The position numbers were made by a program, and so were the translations under genes. A stretch of DNA of 64,000 nucleotides from Octopus vulgaris (Eukaryota): the NCBI GenBank assembly GCA_951406725.2, contig OX597828.1, positions 2,046,001 to 2,110,000 of the forward strand. Direction: 5' to 3'. This document shows, piece by piece, positions 14,550 to 28,506 of the stretch. The notes beneath the pieces were generated by a model. The model was given only the letters and a program-made list of their open reading frames with translations. It was not told the origin of the DNA and searched no databases. Numbering within the stretch: the stretch's first letter is position 1; each line of letters opens with the position of its first letter.

Positions 14550-17300
14550 TGCATGCACATATTATATGGGTAATACTATCCTTTTTTGATTTGCATAACC
14601 TACATTAAAAATCTACTTAGTTTTGGTCTATCTTGGCTTTTATCCAATTAGTCCTTAATGCTTGATCTAGTCCTGCTACTAACAAACATTCTGTCTCCCT
14701 TTTCATCCGTCCTTTCCGCAACCATAACCATGTTTACCTACTATTATTTGCTACAACTGTCTTTCAGAATCTACCATGTAAAGCCTGCCAATCAGATAAC
14801 ATTTGTTCTTCTTTCTGATTTCCCTATGTCCTACTGCGACTAGCAGCTCTCAAAGATTTTGTTCACTATTACCTACATCTACTCTATATCTACAGATAGA
14901 GTCTATAGCTAGGATCTATATCTACTTTATTTAACTCCAGGCAGTCTTCTACGAACATTACCCATCTTTCACCTTCCTTTCTAGGTAAGTATAATCTTGT
15001 TACTTCGGCTCGTGGATAGAGTCCTCCATTCATATTGAATTCCTTACTAGTTGCTCTATCTAGCTTTGATAATTCAGTTTTTGCTCAGTCTACAAAAGCT
15101 GCTGAGTATCTAAGTAATGATACTGCTCAAGTATTTACAGCCTTTACTAAATTCGGACCATTTAGCTTTGACTTCATTGGTCTCCTCACCCTTCTAATGT
15201 ACTCCTCAATTTTCGTTTACAGTTCTGTAGTTAGTACTCTGTCAGATTCTAATCCACCTAGATACTCTCCTCCTGTCAATGATTTTAATGTCTGGCTATC
15301 TGGTAAATGATTGCCTTCAATGTTAACTATCTGTTCTCTTTTCATGACTAATATTGCAAACTTATCCATGCCAAATTTCATTCCTATATCTTGGCTGAAG
15401 AGTCTTATCCTCTGTATTAAGGAATCTATCTCTTTCTCATTCTTACTATAACAAATGTCTTCCCTTTACTATTTCTGAACTTTGCCTTCCTTAATGATAA
15501 ACTGAGGGATATAAAACATGAAATATTAAAGGGGATAACGTATCTGCTTGGAAAATTCTTTTGATATTAATTTTCCCTAAGACTGTGTTACCTGAGTATA
15601 GATCTACTTTCCATTTCTTCATGCTAAAGCTGATTAGTTCTCTTATGTTGTCTGCTATACTGCATATACTCAATAATTCACTTATTCATGTGCATAGGAT
15701 CATGTCATAGGCTTTCTTATAATCTATCCATGCTATTATTAGATTTTTCTTTCTAGCTTTTACTTCATATAGAAATGCTTTGTCTATGTATGATAGACCA
15801 TGCGTTGCTCTAGCCTTCTTCCTGCAAACTTTCTGTTCTCCTGGCAGCAATTTCTGGTTGTCAAGGTGCTCGTAAATGCTTTCTGAAAGGATTCCTTTTA
15901 ACAGCTTCCACACTAATAGTAAGCAAGTGATGGTCTATAGTTGCTAGCTGTATTACATTCGCTCTTATCCTTCATAATGAGTATTGTCCTCCTTCTAGTC
16001 ATCCAATCTGGTATTATTCCTCCATTAAGGCAATGCTGAAGTTGTTCCCTCAGTCTCCCTTGTGAGCTACTGAATTTCTTTAGCAAGTACCCTTGAACTA
16101 AATCTGCTCCTGGGCCCTTCCAATTCGCCATTTTTCCTAACACTTAACTCATTAATGCACTCGTTAGGCTTAGATATGGCTACTTCTCACTCACTACTTC
16201 ATTCACTTTCTTTAATCATACTTAAATCATACTGCATCTCCATTATGATTGACTGACTTATCCCAAATATTACTCGAGAACTTTCTAGCTACTTCTGCAT
16301 TAAATATTCTCATCTTTAGTTCTTTCTTTTCCACTGTTTATTTGGTTATAACATTTTTTCTGGTCTGTCTCAAATAACCTATTCTGATCTTTTCCGATCT
16401 CTGGAAAGCTTACCTGCCACGGCTTTGATACTCTGTTTCAATCTTTCTATTACTGTCTCAAATCTTTTCTCTTTGACCAAGTATCTTTCCTCAAGAGAAT
16501 ATTTAAATCTTGTGTTTCTTAACTTGTTCAGTTTTCAGGATTCTATTTTACTCAAATCTTGTCTTAAATTATTCACTTTATTTTGTAGTCTCCTTTTCCC
16601 CATTTGTGTTTTTCTAATATTTTCTTGCGAAATATCTAAACTACCACACTTCCTGTATAGATCAATAAGTTGTATCATCTATATTTTTACTATCTAACTT
16701 ACTGATAACAGAATCTGTTTTCCTAGTCATATCTAGCAGCTTGCTTCTGTTGGCACCTTTTAATGCTGGCAATCTTTTTCTTCTTTACTCATTCCTTCCT
16801 GCAACTCATCTGAAATCTCATTGTCTTCACTTAGTTCACTTAAATTACTGGTGCCAGTTGTCCCTTCCTTATTGGTAGTGCTATTTTATTTTCCTTTAGG
16901 TACTTCTTTGGCTTGGACTGTATCCCTTATGTTGTTGTTGGTCTTTTCTACTGAATAGTCTTTGTTTTCTAGTTATCGTGTTATTTCCACCGCCAGTTCT
17001 GTCACCAATTTTATTCACTTAATAGCATTAGCTTGACTTACTAGTCGCTCACTTTAAACATACCCTTCTAACCCCTTCTTTTGGATTCACTTTCTAAGTA
17101 GCACTACATCACTATCCTGTTTCATTTGCAAGTCCACTTCCTTGTCCTTACTCTTTTCTCTGCTGATGCTGTCTTAGGATAACAGCTGTGGTAGGTCTGC
17201 ATCTTTATTAATCCACTGCCGAGCGAGAGGCCTTCCCTTAAAAAGGCCTTCTCTCATTTTCACTGTTACAGCCAGAGTTTCTACGCAAACTCTTGTTTCT
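14550..17300 (-). mobile_element. degenerate R4/Dong-like LINE; a short 3' piece probably continues at 13176-13262 beyond the mariner
   Basis: NWKGPGADLVQGY, LLPGEQKVCRKK, AWIDYKKAYD and KRIFQADTLSP in minus-strand ORFs 15491-16143. Confidence 0.85.
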
Positions 17301-18009
17301 CACCATCGTCATTACCATTATTATTATTCGACAACTGAAAGTTTCAAGTAACTTTCTATTGCATCACTTGCTGCATTCTTGTGTTGGTGAAGTGTGTGCT
17401 GCAGTTTTTTTTTCCTTTTGGGGGAATATAGTATTGCATCAGTATGTTTTGTTATGGGGTTTGGTTTAAGTCTTCTGTTATTTTTGCATTGGGTGCTGTT
17501 TCTGCAGTGCAGGTTGTATCCTTCTGTTGGGTATCGGACTTCCATGGTACATGTGGGGTTTGTTAATTTTATTGGGTATTTATTGTATGAATTTATTCTC
17601 GTATGTTTTTGGAGGAGTGTTGCATAGTAGTGTCTGCAAATCATAAGGCAACCATTCCATTGTATTCATGGTTATCTGTCCATCGTTCTTTTTTTGGCTA
17701 CATTATTCTTTTGGGCAGTAATATTAAGAGATGGGTCCGTCTTTACAACGTCTACTTTTTGACAGAACACCGTCCATGGAACTGTGTTGATGTTTCTATC
17801 ATATTTATTATTACCATTGAGGTATAACTGAGAGACCGAGTAGAAACAGTAATGTATATATATATAGAGGATTTGAAAAGATATGGCCGATTAAAATTTT
17901 ACTCACAGGTTTGCAGTCTTCCTATAGAGATATTGTAGTTCATATGTTTACATTTTCCCGCACGTTTTGTGTGGCGGGACCTCTGAGGGAAACTATTATA
18001 CATTCATAC

Positions 18010-18061
<52 letters not shown>

Positions 18062-19601
18062 ATGTGTGTGTGTGTGTGTGTGTGTTTGTGTGTGTGTCTG
18101 TGTGTTTTCTGTGTGTACAAATCACAAAGGAAAATGAATAAATAGTTACCAGGATAGCAAAATTTCACTTAAGTGCCAAAGATATTACAGTCTACTTATG
18201 AATGTAGAAATTCCAGGGTTAAGACATATGGATAAATTAAGAAATGGGGTCAAACGCAGGTGGTGTTCAAATCATTTATACTTTCAATATATGTTTCCAA
18301 AAAAAGCCGGAGTAACTTAATATAAATGGGATTTTGATATAACATCTTGCTCTGTGATAAGGGGAGGGTCAAGGGGAGGTAATCAGATGTTAGGTCAGCT
18401 AATAACCTGTAATGTAGGTATTAGTGGTAGTTAGAGAATAAGAATTTATCTTTATGTAGGCATGCTGGATTTCTCTCGTCTTGTTTATTAAGTAATTCTG
18501 ATTTGGCCATTAAAATGAAGAATTTCTCATTAATGCATAAATTACAGTGGTTATTTTTAAGGTTATATGAAGATAATTTGGCTAAGATGCGCCATTCTAA
18601 TCTATAATTAATGTTATTATGTTTAAGTTCCCAGATGTAACTGCATAATCCGGTAGAGTTAGCTAATTCCTTTTTCTGAAATTTGCGAGATGGGTATTAT
18701 ATCTAAGATTCATTTCATTTTTAGTTGCTCCTATACAAGTATTCTTGTAAAAATTGGAGAATACATCACATTGGTAGATTACATTCTTAGTTTTTACATT
18801 TATTCAAGAATTCACGTGTATTTTTATCTCTGCAACTACGTAGATTAGTCAGATTATCTGCGTCTTTGATATGGTGAGGGGGATTATCATTTATAAGGTG
18901 GTTGTCCGTATTTTTAGGTGGCGACTTATTTGGGGATCGCTTATTGTATTAGTCGATTGGTTTTTGTGATTTTTATTGTTATTCTTCCTAGTTTTGTAGA
19001 CGGAGTCTAGCTTTTTATTGTCAATAGTAGCTAGGTTGCTAGTTAGGAAACGGAATATTCTAATTTTTTTGCTAAAGATTTCGGAGTATTCGTATTCATA
19101 TTGAAGTGCTTATTATTGTTGTAGATTGCAAATTTATGGTTATGATTACTATTATTCTTTCTATTGTTATTTTCATTGCTATTGCTATCAGCTTTGGTAG
19201 GGTGGTTTCGATTCGATTTCTTTATTTTATTTACTTTCGTATTATAATTGCTAACAGCGACTTTATTGGTTGTTGTAAGTGTAATTTTAAAATTTCTATT
19301 GTTATTTTTCTTAGTCTTATTATTATTATCATTACCATTATTGGTATTATTATTGTTATCATAGCTAATACTGTTATTATTATTATTATGAATCTTATTG
19401 TTCTTCCTACTATTTTTATTATTACAACTATTATTGCTATTGTTATTATTATTTTTGTGATTGTTATTATAGATATTTTGGCTTTTATTACTATTATTAT
19501 AAATATAGATATTTATGTTATTCAGGTTATACTTTTATAAGGCTCCGAGTAAAGGTACATAATTTTTTGCTTATAGCCTGTATTTTCCAGTGCAGTGTAA
19601 T

Positions 19602-20203
19602 CATCATCATCATTGTTCGACCGTGGTCGAGACAATGGAATTTACCATGCTACGCCAGACTTCACGGTCCATCATAGCATTACGGAGGTCCTGTTGCTGG
19701 ATGCCTGTATCCCTGGAGATTACATCAGGGTAGGAGAGTGTGCGCCCTCTGGTATTGCGAGTAGATGGCTTCCAGAGGAGAAGAGTAGAAATTGCCTCGT
19801 TTTCAGCTCTACAACAATGTCCAGCAAACTGGACTCTCCTACCTTTCACAAGAGATGACACAGGTGGTAGTTTCCCATATATTTGCATTTTTGTTGGATG
19901 ATGCTTCCACGAGAGATTTTGAGCTCTCATAAGGAGGCGAGTGTTGGTTCCATCCAACCGCCTCTCAAGCTTCTTTGATAACGTCCAGGTTTCTGAGCCA
20001 TATAGTAGAATTGGTTCGACTGTGGCTTTGAATATTTCAAGTTTGAAGTCTCTACTTAGATTTGATGACCAAATCTTATGCATGTCATTACAGGCTGACC
20101 AGGCCATACCCTTTCTAATTAGAAAATCTTTTCCAGATGATGATATGTGTGACCTAAGATATTTGTAATCAGAAACCATATTTAAGGGCGCATTGTTGAG
20201 GGC
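19602..20203 (-). mobile_element. 5'-truncated RTE-type LINE with 10-bp TSD
   Basis: Open ORF 19610..20179 (ILLYGSETWTL...GHCCR...GRTLSYPD), (GAT)n tail, TSD gcagtgtaat at 19592-19601 and 20204-20213. Confidence 0.9.
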
Positions 20204-20434
20204 GCAGTGTAATAATGTTCCTTATATTTATCGAAGATATCTTCGTTGGGCGAGAGATACGAAATTCTTTTACTAATGCCCTGGACAAGTCCTCTCTTTA
20301 TAAAATTTGGGTGATTGCTATGTGCATTAATATATTTGAAGTTGGTATTAGGTTTAATGCATGGTTCGTATAATCCCGTGGTTAAATTACAATTGGTAGC
20401 TGAATAGTTAATAGAATAATACTCTTTTTATATA

Positions 20435-20665
20435 GGCGGCGAGCTGGCAGAACCGTTAGCACTCCGGGCGAAATGCTTAGCGGTATTTCGTCTGCCGCTA
20501 CGTTCTGAGTTCAAATTCCGCCGAGGTCGACTTTGCCTTTCATCCTTTCGGGGTCGATTAAATAAGTACCAGTTACGCACTGAGGTCAATGTAATCGACT
20601 TAATCCGTTTGTGTGTCCTTGTTTGTTCTGTGTGTGAGTAGCCCCTTGTGGGCAGTGAAGAAATA
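20435..20665 (+). mobile_element. full-length SINE (tail type A) with 17-bp TSD
   Basis: TSD agaataatactcttttt at 20413-20429 and 20666-20682; tail ...agccccttgtgggcagtgaagaaata. Confidence 0.9.
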
Positions 20666-22669
20666 AGAATAATACTCTTTTTCTATCGTGATAGTTAATC
20701 CAAACGTTTGAAAGAACTTGTATATTTTTTCTTTAGTAGTTCAAGTCTCCTATTGGAGGTGTCTTTAAGGATAAGTAGCCCATCGTCTCTGTATCTCTGG
20801 GAATTCGTCGTGTAAATGAGATGTTAGGTAAATACCCACTAAAACAGATGCCTGTGCCGAGTTGGAGACCTCCATTGTGATGTCAAAATAATTATGGGTG
20901 TCATTCCTTACCCACAGCTTGTTATCGGATTTTACTATAGATTTCCTAGCTTCTACGATTATCTCAATTTCATTCATTGTCAATTTGGTATGTTTTTAGC
21001 GAAAATCAGAGCGCTATTTAGAACCATAGGATTAATTGATGAGTAGTAGAAATCTATGTCTGTTTGAAGGAACTTATAATTATTCTTATTTTGTATATTG
21101 GAGAACTATTTAAGGGCGTCGTGGGTATTTGACCATACTTCTATAGTGATCTTGTTTTGTATAGTAGGAATATATTTATCTAAGCTTAGCTTGCGGATTT
21201 ACTTACCTCGCATAGATCGGATTTATTAGGGCAGATTAGTCTAACTTACGTGTCTCTTAAGAAATGTTCTTTGTGGTCCTTAATTGTTATGCGGGGTCTG
21301 GAAGGTGCGGATGGTTCAGTTTTCTCTTCTAAGTTGTAGTTGGTCATAATCTTTTTGGTGGATAAGTTCATAGATCTTAAAGTCTTATTAGGCACTATTT
21401 TGTATATTTTGTTATATCTTTATGCAACAGCCGGTGGTATAAATTAATATCCAACTTATATGAGTTCCTGATTTTGTTGGAGTGTACAATAATTCCCTTT
21501 TGCGAATTTAGTTTCAGTAGTAGGTCCTTTTAAGCTGGGTGTCGTTTAAATTTTAGGTTCCTAATAGTATCCCATAGTTCGTTCTCAAAGGCGTTTAGGT
21601 GTCTGTTTGGTAGGGGTACTTTTCTAGTTTTGAAAATTCTTTCGGTAAAATCGTTGCTGTTGTTGTGTTTGGTAGACTCTGTTTGGCTATTTTTAGCGTA
21701 GAATAAGGCTTTCCATCATAAGAATAAGGCTTTCCAGTGGCAGACGGAAATTACTATGGTATGTAGAAAGGTATGAGAGAAGATAGAGGGATGGACAAAG
21801 TTGGGGTGAGTTGGTAGTTAAGATAGTAGTGGTTAGTTTGATAATGAATATGGGTTGGTATTGGAGGGGAAGTACAATGGTAAGCAAAGGTGTATGAAAT
21901 TGAATAGAGGGAAGTGAATAGAGAGGAGGAAAGGATTAACAGGTTAGTGTCCAAATGAGTGGGGTAGTATTAAGTGCTTTTGGTTTAGGAGAAATGAAAG
22001 GAGACCATCGGGAGGCTATAGACGAATTTGCAAATGTAACAATGAAAAAGAATAGTTTTAATAGGGAGGGTAGTATCAGTTGGGGTAGTAAGCTGCTAAG
22101 CTTACCTGTAATACCTTAAGGTGAAATTTGAGTAAGGGTAGTTATAGTTGTGGGATTATATAGATTTAACAGAATGTGCAAATGATGTGTAGAACCTATG
22201 TTTACAACATAGTATTACATCTGATAATATATTAAGTAATGAGGAGTTGTGGTGCCGATCTCAAGATTCTTTAAAAAAACACAACAACCGGAAATTTTGT
22301 CAAAATCACGGGTAATTTAACAAAAACATAACACACGGATAATTCGTTGCTAATTCCTCATCAGTTAGCGTCCAGTAGTCTTAGTAGTTTCGCACCGTTA
22401 TCATATATTTCTTCATTGGAAGCGCCAATACACACTCCCTTTATATGAAGAAAAATCTTTCTGTTTTCCGAGATGACTTACATTAAAACATATTTTCTTT
22501 CATTGTTTTAGCGTATTCTTAACTCCTGCTTCGTGAGGGTTACAGATTTGATCTATCTTCCCAGGTCTTTATTACACGACTATTATGTTTGTTATTCACT
22601 GTTTGTTGTTGTTTTTGTTATTATTATTAGTATCATCATCATCATCATTATTATTATTATTATTATTAT

Positions 22670-22712
<43 letters not shown>

Positions 22713-23660
22713 TTAATAATAATAATTATAATAATAATAATAATAATATTTGAAGAATAATATTTTTGTAGATATTCCATCCTTCTGTAGATCTCCCATC
22801 CTTCTAATAGGTGTTAGTAGAAAATATCTCATAATAGATAAAAGGAGGGGTTAGGTAGAAAAATCGAATATGAAGAGATATCGGGACAAAAGCAACTAAA
22901 ATCTACTCTTTTATTGGTTCCTGTATTCGTATCGTGAACAAGTTTGAACATGTAAACATGAAGATCGTAATTCCTACATGGCTTTAGGATTGCAAAATCC
23001 AGCAGTTCTTTTAAAAAGTAAAAAGAATTTAGGGAGATATCCTCATTTCAAATTGATTTGTAATTGTATTGAAATACTGAAAAACGTTTAGCAATATAAG
23101 CTGAGTTTATTGCAGAAGATATAACTGAATTAAACGTCATTAGTATTTTCCCCAGAATATTACTGATGCAAATGAAGCGAAATTGACTGAACTGAGATTC
23201 GAACATTGTCCTCCACCTTCCGTCAACGGTAAGTTATAGATTATTGTATGACAGTTGCCACGAAAATATATATATCTTGTTTTGATATCGCACATATTTG
23301 AGTGAAGTGATAATATAAAAACATGTATTTGTTCATATCATAAAATCTGAGACTACATATATTTTTTTATCTGACTGAAGATCAAACAGATTTCCCAACC
23401 TCTAGCATCATGTGATAAAACATTTCAATATGACTTCATCTTTTAGTAAACTGTAGCAGCAATATAAATTGATGATAATGTTACCAGAAAAAAAATTTAT
23501 CTAGATTAATCAAATTATAGAGTAAAACATTGTAAATTAAAATTTAGAATATATATACATACAAACACATACATAAACACATTCACACGCCACGCACATC
23601 TGCAAGCACGCACACACACACATATATATATAGGTACATGCATATGTGTTTGTGTGTGCG

Positions 23661-23699
<39 letters not shown>

Positions 23700-26600
23700 G
23701 TTTCAAGTAAAATAAGTATTATATTGATTAACTGTAAAACTATATCCAGCCATATGTCTCTCTGATCTGCTTTGATTGATATGATTATTTACAAGAGTAA
23801 CTTACATTATAACGCCATACTATTCGCGATAATTTCAAGCACAACAGTAATTGTGTATCACTAAAACATGGATTAATTTTCAAAATATATACAGTAAGAA
23901 ACGATGTTAATTCATGTCTAATAATTAGCAATTGTTCCAGTAGGGAATTGTTGTCCCATTCGTTCTGTTGAACGAATCGCATGGGAAAGAGTACCTTTTT
24001 CTGTTTTATTAAGAGAGACGACATCACGTTTGTTTATAAAAATATTGAACTACACGAAAAAAAAATTAAGATTTCTTCATCAGTAATGATCATGGAATGA
24101 CAGATAGCATACTGTACCAGCAAAAATTTCGTCTAAAGAAATTCTTAATTGTTTTCATTCCATATCGAAACTATTTTATTTCACTGCTCTTAACACCCAA
24201 ATAAAACAAAAAAAAAACACGTGTAATATCGGACACCATCCCTATAATATTTTTCTGTCTACGCTTATGCATATTCGCTGTGGACGTGAACTTGTGATAA
24301 TCATATAAAGTGGGTGAAACAAATTGAAAATAATCATATAAAGTGGGTGAAACAATTGAAAATACTCTCTCGCGTGAAAGTACAAATACATTAGCGGACC
24401 ACGTGAGGTAACAGGTCAAATATCACAACACAGTATTTACATCTGAGTGTAAAATTAAAACATGAAATCATTTCTTTCACTTACTGTTTGCAGTTACTAT
24501 TTAAAAAGCAAAAACATTGAAAACATTCATTTGATTTGTTTAAAATTCTTCAACTGCCTTCAGAGATTCCTATCAAATAAGGTCAAATAAGGCTCTTTGC
24601 ACGACATTATCTAATAATAGAGACATTAATATTACATAGCATACAAATATCACACATAGCATATTAATTAATAAGTCTTCGAGAATGGTATATTGTGCTT
24701 ATAATTTTATACGAAACATTCAAATTTGTATTTCTAAATATCTTAGAGGAAATTGAGGGCGTATTTTCCATAAAATCAGCCTAGTTTATTATCGGTTCTA
24801 TTGCATTACTGGAAGTTATTTTATTGAGAGTTATGAGGTAAAATGATATTTTTTTATTATTTTATATGTTTCGGTCATTAGACTGCGGCCATGCTGGAGC
24901 ACTTCCTTGAAGGTTCCGTGAAATGTGGCTACTAATTAAGAAATGTGAAACAGGATGAGTATACCTGAAAGTACATGAAACGATACTGTAAAGAAAACGC
25001 TGGTTAGTGGATGCTATGAAGTCTATTTCCGAAAACCTTTTTATGCTTTTATTGATTCAAGTTGAATGATGCTCGTATATCATTAATAAAAATAGGGTGA
25101 ATGTTTATTTCGTTTCATCAAAGATTTTTACTATCTCGGTGACCTAAAGCAAAATTTAATTATTATGAAAAATTCTAAGACTAATTGGTAGAATTATACA
25201 TATCTCTAAACTGAAACTGAATTTGTCGTCGTCTCTGATTTTGAATCCTATTATCTTGAATGAGAACATTAACGCCAATAACACTTTCGCTTTCCTTTAT
25301 CATTATAGTATATCCTATAATTCCTTTTATTCGATAAATCATTAACTTAATCAATTGAGAAAAATAATAGAGTTACTGCGGCTAATGCTACAAAGACATT
25401 TCCTCAATATAATTGTTAGTAAACTCAATAATTGTATTTAAGTTTCAATTTAGAAACATCAAAGTTACTCCAACTCTTAATGGTATTTTTTTATCAGATT
25501 TTATAGAAAACATTAAAATTTTGATATTTCCCTCTTTGAAACGTACACGCTCGCACATAAATGCCCACAAACTCTCACTAAATCATTCACTTTCTCATTC
25601 TTGATGTCTTTGTCTCTAATTTGATTATTATTTGGTTTAATGACTTCGTACCATATTTAAATCATTGCTCTTAAAATGGGACTCTCTAAGATATATTTAA
25701 TTGATTTCTAAATAAAATTATTCCATTCTACTCAATTGTTTTGTTTCTTACTTGCTTCGTTCCAAGGCAATTGAGTTACTTTATACAATTGAACAAAGCA
25801 TTCTGTACAAACCACATATATTACATTTAAAATAGACATATTCTTATTATTAAATACCAGTCATGAATTTACAATTCTGTAAACTCTTTTCGACTTTGAG
25901 ATGATATGGTAGGCATTCAATAATGATAGTATTTTCAGTTTTGTCCCGGCATTTCACGAGAATTATACTACATTCATAATAGATCTTCTACTACATTTCT
26001 GAACCCATAACTTTCACTGGCTTGATCTCATAGATAATTGACAGTTCTTCCAATGATCTTAGTATAAATTTTTCTAAGGTCATTTAAAGAATTTACACAA
26101 AGTTTTCAAATAATCAACATGTTCTCCAGACTACCAATGAAATATCAGATCATCACTTCTTTTGTAATTATATAGATTCTACAAATTAGTTTCCAATTGA
26201 TCTTCTGCAGAATTTATGATAGTTCTTTCTTTCCAAAAGGTGTTGACGATGTGTTGTTTCAAGAGAGATTTCTGTTTCCTTTGAGGAGTGTGCAGTATAT
26301 CTGAGTTTGTTGATGTTGAATATGGTTGCTCACAAGCATTCACGTACATGCGCGCACACACAATTACACACTCTTAGTATAAAATCCGGAATCCAAAATA
26401 CTGGTGCGTGTGTCCGTCAAATATAATACTTAAGTTTTTAATAATAAATTTAAAGGAGAGTTTGTATTGTGGCAGTACTTTTGGATAGCGTCAAAACTGA
26501 AAATAGAAAAACTGAATACCTGCATCTGAAACATCTGTTACTTTCCGCCCATTCACAGTCAGCTGACTTATAAACACTGAACAAAGGTTCCTTTAAATTT

Positions 26601-26891
26601 ATCATATACTTTCTCTAGCATACAGGGCAAGTAAAGGTAGAATCATATAGCAGAAATATACTGACAAGCAGACATATAGATATACCATCTTATTATTTTT
26701 AGATGTACAACAAATGAAAACAATTTCAGGTGGAGATTTTCAAACTATTTAACTTAATTCGAGAACTTGAGATCCATTATTAAATTTCAAAATAATCTTT
26801 AAGGACAACCACTTGTTAGATAATCTCGTATATCATAACGGTTAGTCCACTTTAATCCATAAGGAGCATAGGGACGGTTTCCTGGTCTATA

Positions 26892-26964
<73 letters not shown>

Positions 26965-27707
26965 AGGACGCCATTCTGTCGCAAACTTACTTACACGTGG
27001 CTAGCCAATTTAGCGGCATTACTTTTGTCGATGTAACGGAACGAAAATAGGTGGTTTGCATAATTTTTTTAAAAATCGCCTTCGTGAATCCCGATGTAAT
27101 TCTTTTCCACTTGTTAAAGTGAAGCGTTGCTGTTATTTCTGCCTCGTAAACGACTCGCCACGTAGAATGTTTGAAGACAAACTCTATACCATAAACAATC
27201 TAGTGGAGAAAAGTGGAAAAATTCAAGCCATATATTAGTGGATCTAGGAAATTCAACTTATGCGTAACAGGAAGATCACGTATTGGTTTTAGATCCAAGA
27301 ATTACACCACACTGCTTAATTTCAGATTTGAAATGTTTAGTAGATGCAAACACGTGCACAGGTTTCTTTTGTCGAACTGGAGAACAACACCTGCTCCGGA
27401 TTGAGTAGCTGTCTCGCAGACTTTGGCATCTTTTTTGTTCTGTACCAGCTGCATTAATTATGGTTTCTGCAATCAAGGAGGACAGGTGTGTTGGTTTTCT
27501 TTTCTTTTGTTTCTTCTCATTCCATGTATAGCATCAAACTTCTTCGTGTTTTTTCTTCTCATTTTTTTTCATTTTTTCACAGTCCAGAGTCCTGATTTTT
27601 AAAATAGATCTAACATGAACAGAACCATGGCGTGTTTCATAAAACTGGCAATTTAAAGTATCGTAAAGGCAAAAACTTTTAGTAATGCTTTCCTAAATGA
27701 GTATTAA

Positions 27708-27777
<70 letters not shown>

Positions 27778-27778
27778 A

Positions 27779-28030
27779 GGTGCAGGCGTGGCTGGGTGAT
27801 AATAGGTTTGCTTCCCAATGATATGCGTGTGTGTGTGTGTATGTGTGTCCGTGTTTGTCCCCAGCCACCGCATGACAACCGGTGTTTGGTGTATTTACGT
27901 CCTCGTAACATAAAGTTCCGGTAGAAGAAACCGATAAAATAAGTACTGGTGTCGGTTTGATCGAAATATTCTTCAGAAGCGGTGCCCCACCAAGGCCGCA
28001 GCCCAATGACTAAAACAAGTAAAAGATAAT
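27779..28030 (+). mobile_element. tRNA-derived SINE, internally deleted
   Basis: Head ggtgcaggcgtggctgggtg and 3' ccgataaaataagtac...ggccgcagcccaatgactaaaac match the family. Confidence 0.75.
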
Positions 28031-28379
28031 AAAATATATAAACAGATTTGCGAATGAGATTTAAACAATCTATTTAAATGTTGTATTGAAATATACACGA
28101 TATAACAGAGCGCTCAACATAAAGGAATGAATAGGTTTTCAGCCGAATCCATGGAAGAGAATGTAACAATCCGTCATGAAACGCTGTTTAAAGATAACCC
28201 AGTAAGCGTCTGGAGTTTCGAAATATTTTATTGAAATTTGGACTCTTAGAAACTGTACAATTGGTTTTGCAGGCTTGTTTTGCATGTCTAAACAATTCTT
28301 GCTGTTGCAGATAATTTACCAAAGAATGTCTCTGATATGCGTGTTACCTTTTATCTTTTTATAAAAGCTACTTTCTTTG

Positions 28380-28417
<38 letters not shown>

Positions 28418-28457
28418 AGTTGTGGCAGCAGTAGTAACAGCAGCAGCAGCAGCAGCA

Positions 28458-28506
<49 letters not shown>

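Larger units (their letters stand above)
18130..22400 (-). mobile_element. degenerate Penelope-like element (RT plus GIY-YIG) with nested insertions
   Basis: RT: DIDFYYSSI (~21060) and LWVRNDTHNYFDITMEVSNSAQASVLVGIYL (cf. PLE FDVTMGSxDGAE.CELVG.Y). Endonuclease: KCKTKNVIYQCDV...CIGAT (~18730-18800). Confidence 0.75.

Noticed and set aside
19106-19540. Hydrophobic 144-aa ORF resembling a membrane protein
   Set aside because: Antisense reading of an Asn-rich (AAT)-like low-complexity tract within the Penelope element.
22255-22400. CTGATGA-GGAATT on the minus strand at the 5' side of the Penelope element
   Set aside because: Position suits a pLTR hammerhead, but no in-register GAAA/UH was found (best match is GAGA); too decayed to call.
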